Shown here: positions 12,473-15,136 of the stretch, one piece after another
How positions within the stretch are numbered: the stretch's first letter is position 1
Layout of the letters: every line of letters starts with the position of its first letter
Assembly: GCA_051439505.1 (NCBI GenBank)
Contig: JBFRWI010000188.1
Location: forward strand, 1 to 15,136
Source: Hormoscilla sp.
GTDB lineage: Bacteria > Cyanobacteriota > Cyanobacteriia > Cyanobacteriales > Desertifilaceae
Direction of reading: 5' to 3'
Length of the DNA stretch: 15,136 nt
The notes under the pieces: generated by a model
What the model was told of the DNA's origin: nothing
What the model saw: the letters and a program-made list of their open reading frames with translations, nothing else
Database searches by the model: none
Translations under genes and position numbers: made by a program

Positions 12473-15136
12473 ATGAGTCGAGAAGCTCTCGTAGTGGGAA
12501 TCAATAGTTATCCCCTCAAGAAAAAATTAAACCTGAAGAAAGCGGTAGCGGATGCGGTGGCTATCGCCCAGATGTTGCGAGACCATGGGGGTTTTCATGT
12601 ACGTCTGGTCCTAGCACCAGATAAGGCGGATCGTTCGCCGCCGGTGGATCGCGGCCTTATCTGCAATATTCAGCCCAACCGGAAAGGATTGGAAAAGGAG
12701 ATCGAGGGGCTATTTAAGCCGCCCAGCAATATCCCCGGTGAGGGTAACGATACTGCTTTATTATTCTTTGCCGGTCACGGTTTTGTCCAGGGGGGCAAGA
12801 AAGGATTTTTGGCGACTTCAGATGCTGATGGTGAATATACATGGGGTGTATCCTTCAATTGGTTGCGTCAGCTGTTGCTCGATTCACCCGTGCGCCAGAA
12901 GTTGGTATGGTTGGACTGCTGTCACAGCGGCGCATTGCTCAAATTTGACGAACAGAACCTCGATACCTTAAATTTCGCTCAGGATATCTGTTTGATCGCT
13001 GCTTCCCGGAGTTTCGAGCCGGCCTACGAACACCCTGACTCGAAGAATGGCGTACTGACAGAAGCTTTATTGGCAGCACTGGAGCCAACGGACGAGAAAC
13101 CTTGGGTGACGAGTATAGATTTGGTGGCATATGTCCAGGAAAGGCTAAAAAATGAACGGCAGCGCCCGTGCCACCGCAACTTTAACAAGGAAATATTCAT
13201 TACCGGAAAGGAAAAGATCTCAGAGGTGACTCTAAAGGACACATGTCCTTATCAGGGGTTAAAGCCCTTCGATGTTGGGGATGCTGATAATTTCTCCGGT
13301 CGGGACGATCTGGTGACAAAGCTATTGGAGGGGTTGAAAAACGACAATTTCTTGGCGGTTTTGGGGGCCAGTGGTTCGGGGAAGTCTTCGGCAGTCAAGG
13401 CCGGACTGGTGCATCAGTTGCAGAAGAAACAGGGGTTGCCTGGCAGCGATAAGTGGAAGATTGTTATCTTTCGACCGGGGGAAAACCCCCTGGAAAGTTT
13501 GGCCCGCAAGTTCGGTGAAGACCCAAATAATTTTGATTTGGCACGGTTTGTAGGGGATAGCAGCGTTCCAGTGCTGGTGGTGGTGGACCAATTTGAGGAG
13601 GTCTTTACCCTCTGCCAGGAGCCAAAGAAGCGACAGTGGTCTCCCGGAGATGAAGCAGTTTTGGTGAAGAAACTGTCTCCCGAAGAGAAAGCCCAGATGA
13701 AACGGCCTCCCAAATTGAGAGACCAGTTTATGACCTGCTTGCTGGGGGCCTTGGACCGGTCCGACAGTAACCTGAAGGTGGTGATTACCATGCGGGCGGA
13801 CTTTCTGGGCCACTGTGCCGAGTATGATTATTCTGGCTTGGCCAAGAAAATTGAGGATCATCTGGTGCTGGTGGGACCGATGAACGAAAATGAACTGCGT
13901 CAGGCTATAGAACAACCTGCCAAAAACGCTCATGCCCAAGTAGATCCGCTGTTGGTGGATCGGATGCTCTCAGAAGTGCAAGGTCCGGGGAGTTTGCCCC
14001 TGCTACAGTACACCCTGTGGGTAATGTGGAACAACCCGTCGCAATATAGGTTGTTGGCAAATAGCCTGGTATTATCCGATTATCAGCAGTTGGGGGGTGT
14101 CAAGGGCACCCTGTCCACACGGGCCGATGAAGTTTACGAGCAACTGGATGGCCAGCAGAAGTCCGCTGCCAGGTGGATCTTCATGAACTTAACGCGGTTG
14201 GGATTGGGAGAAGGGGCGTCAGATACCCGCAAACAAGTTCTCAAAAGTGCTTTGGTCAACCAGGCTTACCCACAAACGATCATAGATGAGACTGTACGCC
14301 AGCTAGCAGATGCCCGGTTGCTGGTGACTAGCGAAAAAGGAGGAGAGACCACGGTAGATGTGGCCCACGAAGCCCTGATTCGTAACTGGGATAAGTTGCG
14401 AGGTTGGGTGAATAAAAATCGGAGAGCCCTGATTTTCAAGGATGAAATTGAGAAGAACGTCCAAGAATGGTTAAGGAATGAAAAGTCCGACGATCATTTA
14501 CTTTCCCCGGGGAAGTTGGATGAGGCCGAGAGTTACCTGCAACAATACGCTGATTGGGGTTGGCTGTCAGATGATGTCAAGGAGTATATTCCCCGGAGTC
14601 GCGAGCGACAAAAGGAGCAAGTGACCCTCCCCCAGATGCGTGCCGATGCCGCAGTTGTCCAGAATTTACTGAATGTCGATCCAGTAAATTCCATGGTTTT
14701 GGCAATAAAGGCAGCAGGCGATAATCTTGGTCTAGAGAGATCTAAGGGGGAGCTAGAGCACTACGTGCAGTCGAGCTTGCTTGACGCCATTATCAAAGTC
14801 CGAGAGACTAATATCTTCAAGGGCCATTCTGATGATGTATATTCAGTAGCATTTAGCCCAGATGGAAAGCGGATAGTAAGTGGCGGTAGAGACAAGACTA
14901 TTAGGTTGTGGGACACCGATGGAAACGCCATAGGAAAGCCTTTTAGGGGTCATTATGATTATGTAAGGTCAGTAGCATTTAGCCCCGATGGAAAGCGGAT
15001 AGTAAGTGGCGGTCAAGGCAATACTATCAGGTTTTGGGACTTGGAGGGAAACCCCATAGGAGAGCCTTTTAGGGGTCATCGCTTTTCTGTTTGGTCAGTA
15101 GCATTTAGCCCCGATGGAAAGCGGATAGTAAGTGGC
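12473..15136 (+). CDS. Caspase-family (peptidase C14) protease - STAND NTPase (nSTAND1-like) - WD40 repeat protein, 3'-truncated (at least 888 aa)
   Basis: Translated by hand and open to the window end. MSREALVVGINSY...AVADA; FFAGHG (His codon 12776-12778); WLDCCHSG (Cys codon 12920-12922); CPYQGLKPF...FSGRD; Walker A GASGSGKS (13364-13387); Walker B VLVVVDQFEE (13571-13600); ITMRADF; GSLPLLQYTL; HEALIRNW (14366-14389); GH...WD repeats from 14822. Confidence 0.95.
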   Translation, partial: MSREALVVGINSYPLKKKLNLKKAVADAVAIAQMLRDHGGFHVRLVLAPDKADRSPPVDRGLICNIQPNRKGLEKEIEGLFKPPSNIPGEGNDTALLFFAGHGFVQGGKKGFLATSDADGEYTWGVSFNWLRQLLLDSPVRQKLVWLDCCHSGALLKFDEQNLDTLNFAQDICLIAASRSFEPAYEHPDSKNGVLTEALLAALEPTDEKPWVTSIDLVAYVQERLKNERQRPCHRNFNKEIFITGKEKISEVTLKDTCPYQGLKPFDVGDADNFSGRDDLVTKLLEGLKNDNFLAVLGASGSGKSSAVKAGLVHQLQKKQGLPGSDKWKIVIFRPGENPLESLARKFGEDPNNFDLARFVGDSSVPVLVVVDQFEEVFTLCQEPKKRQWSPGDEAVLVKKLSPEEKAQMKRPPKLRDQFMTCLLGALDRSDSNLKVVITMRADFLGHCAEYDYSGLAKKIEDHLVLVGPMNENELRQAIEQPAKNAHAQVDPLLVDRMLSEVQGPGSLPLLQYTLWVMWNNPSQYRLLANSLVLSDYQQLGGVKGTLSTRADEVYEQLDGQQKSAARWIFMNLTRLGLGEGASDTRKQVLKSALVNQAYPQTIIDETVRQLADARLLVTSEKGGETTVDVAHEALIRNWDKLRGWVNKNRRALIFKDEIEKNVQEWLRNEKSDDHLLSPGKLDEAESYLQQYADWGWLSDDVKEYIPRSRERQKEQVTLPQMRADAAVVQNLLNVDPVNSMVLAIKAAGDNLGLERSKGELEHYVQSSLLDAIIKVRETNIFKGHSDDVYSVAFSPDGKRIVSGGRDKTIRLWDTDGNAIGKPFRGHYDYVRSVAFSPDGKRIVSGGQGNTIRFWDLEGNPIGEPFRGHRFSVWSVAFSPDGKRIVSG
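14822..15136 (+). repeat. 126-bp (42-aa) highly conserved WD40 tandem repeats within the CDS
   Basis: Units start at 14822, 14948 and 15074. The core TCAGTAGCATTTAGCCC(A/C)GATGGAAAGCGGATAGTAAGTGGC is near-identical in all three. Confidence 0.92.

Noticed and set aside
12738..13939. Short track ORFs suggesting a fragmented or pseudogene region
   Set aside because: All are shadow frames of the uninterrupted + strand caspase-STAND-WD40 CDS starting at 12473.
14822..15136. Diversity-generating retroelement target/template pair
   Set aside because: Differences between repeats are not confined to adenines, the repeats are in-frame coding units, and no reverse transcriptase is present in the window.

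Overview
Cyanobacterial DNA (16 HIP1 octamers GCGATCGC counted by eye, plus several cyanobacterial-type REP/MITE repeats). Left to right it holds: (i) the 3' part of a large secreted FG-GAP/RTX/cadherin-like Ig surface protein; (ii) a MoxR AAA+ / DUF58 / transglutaminase-like operon; (iii) recJ on the minus strand; (iv) a repeat-rich spacer; and (v) a HIP1-poor three-gene module. The module is a caspase-like protease-STAND NTPase-WD40 gene (12473 to the window end, missing from the ORF track because it has no stop here). It lies head-to-head with a small protein gene, which is followed by a long-helix, two-TM membrane protein gene. This is the best candidate for an undescribed NLR-like, protease-triggered defence or cell-death system; its function is inferred, not shown. 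Also notable: a TA-targeting MITE that split the original start of the transglutaminase gene but supplies a new in-frame ATG, a nested MITE with a perfect 9-bp target duplication, a perfect 36-bp palindrome upstream of recJ, and a 101-bp tandem duplication bounded by HIP1 sites.
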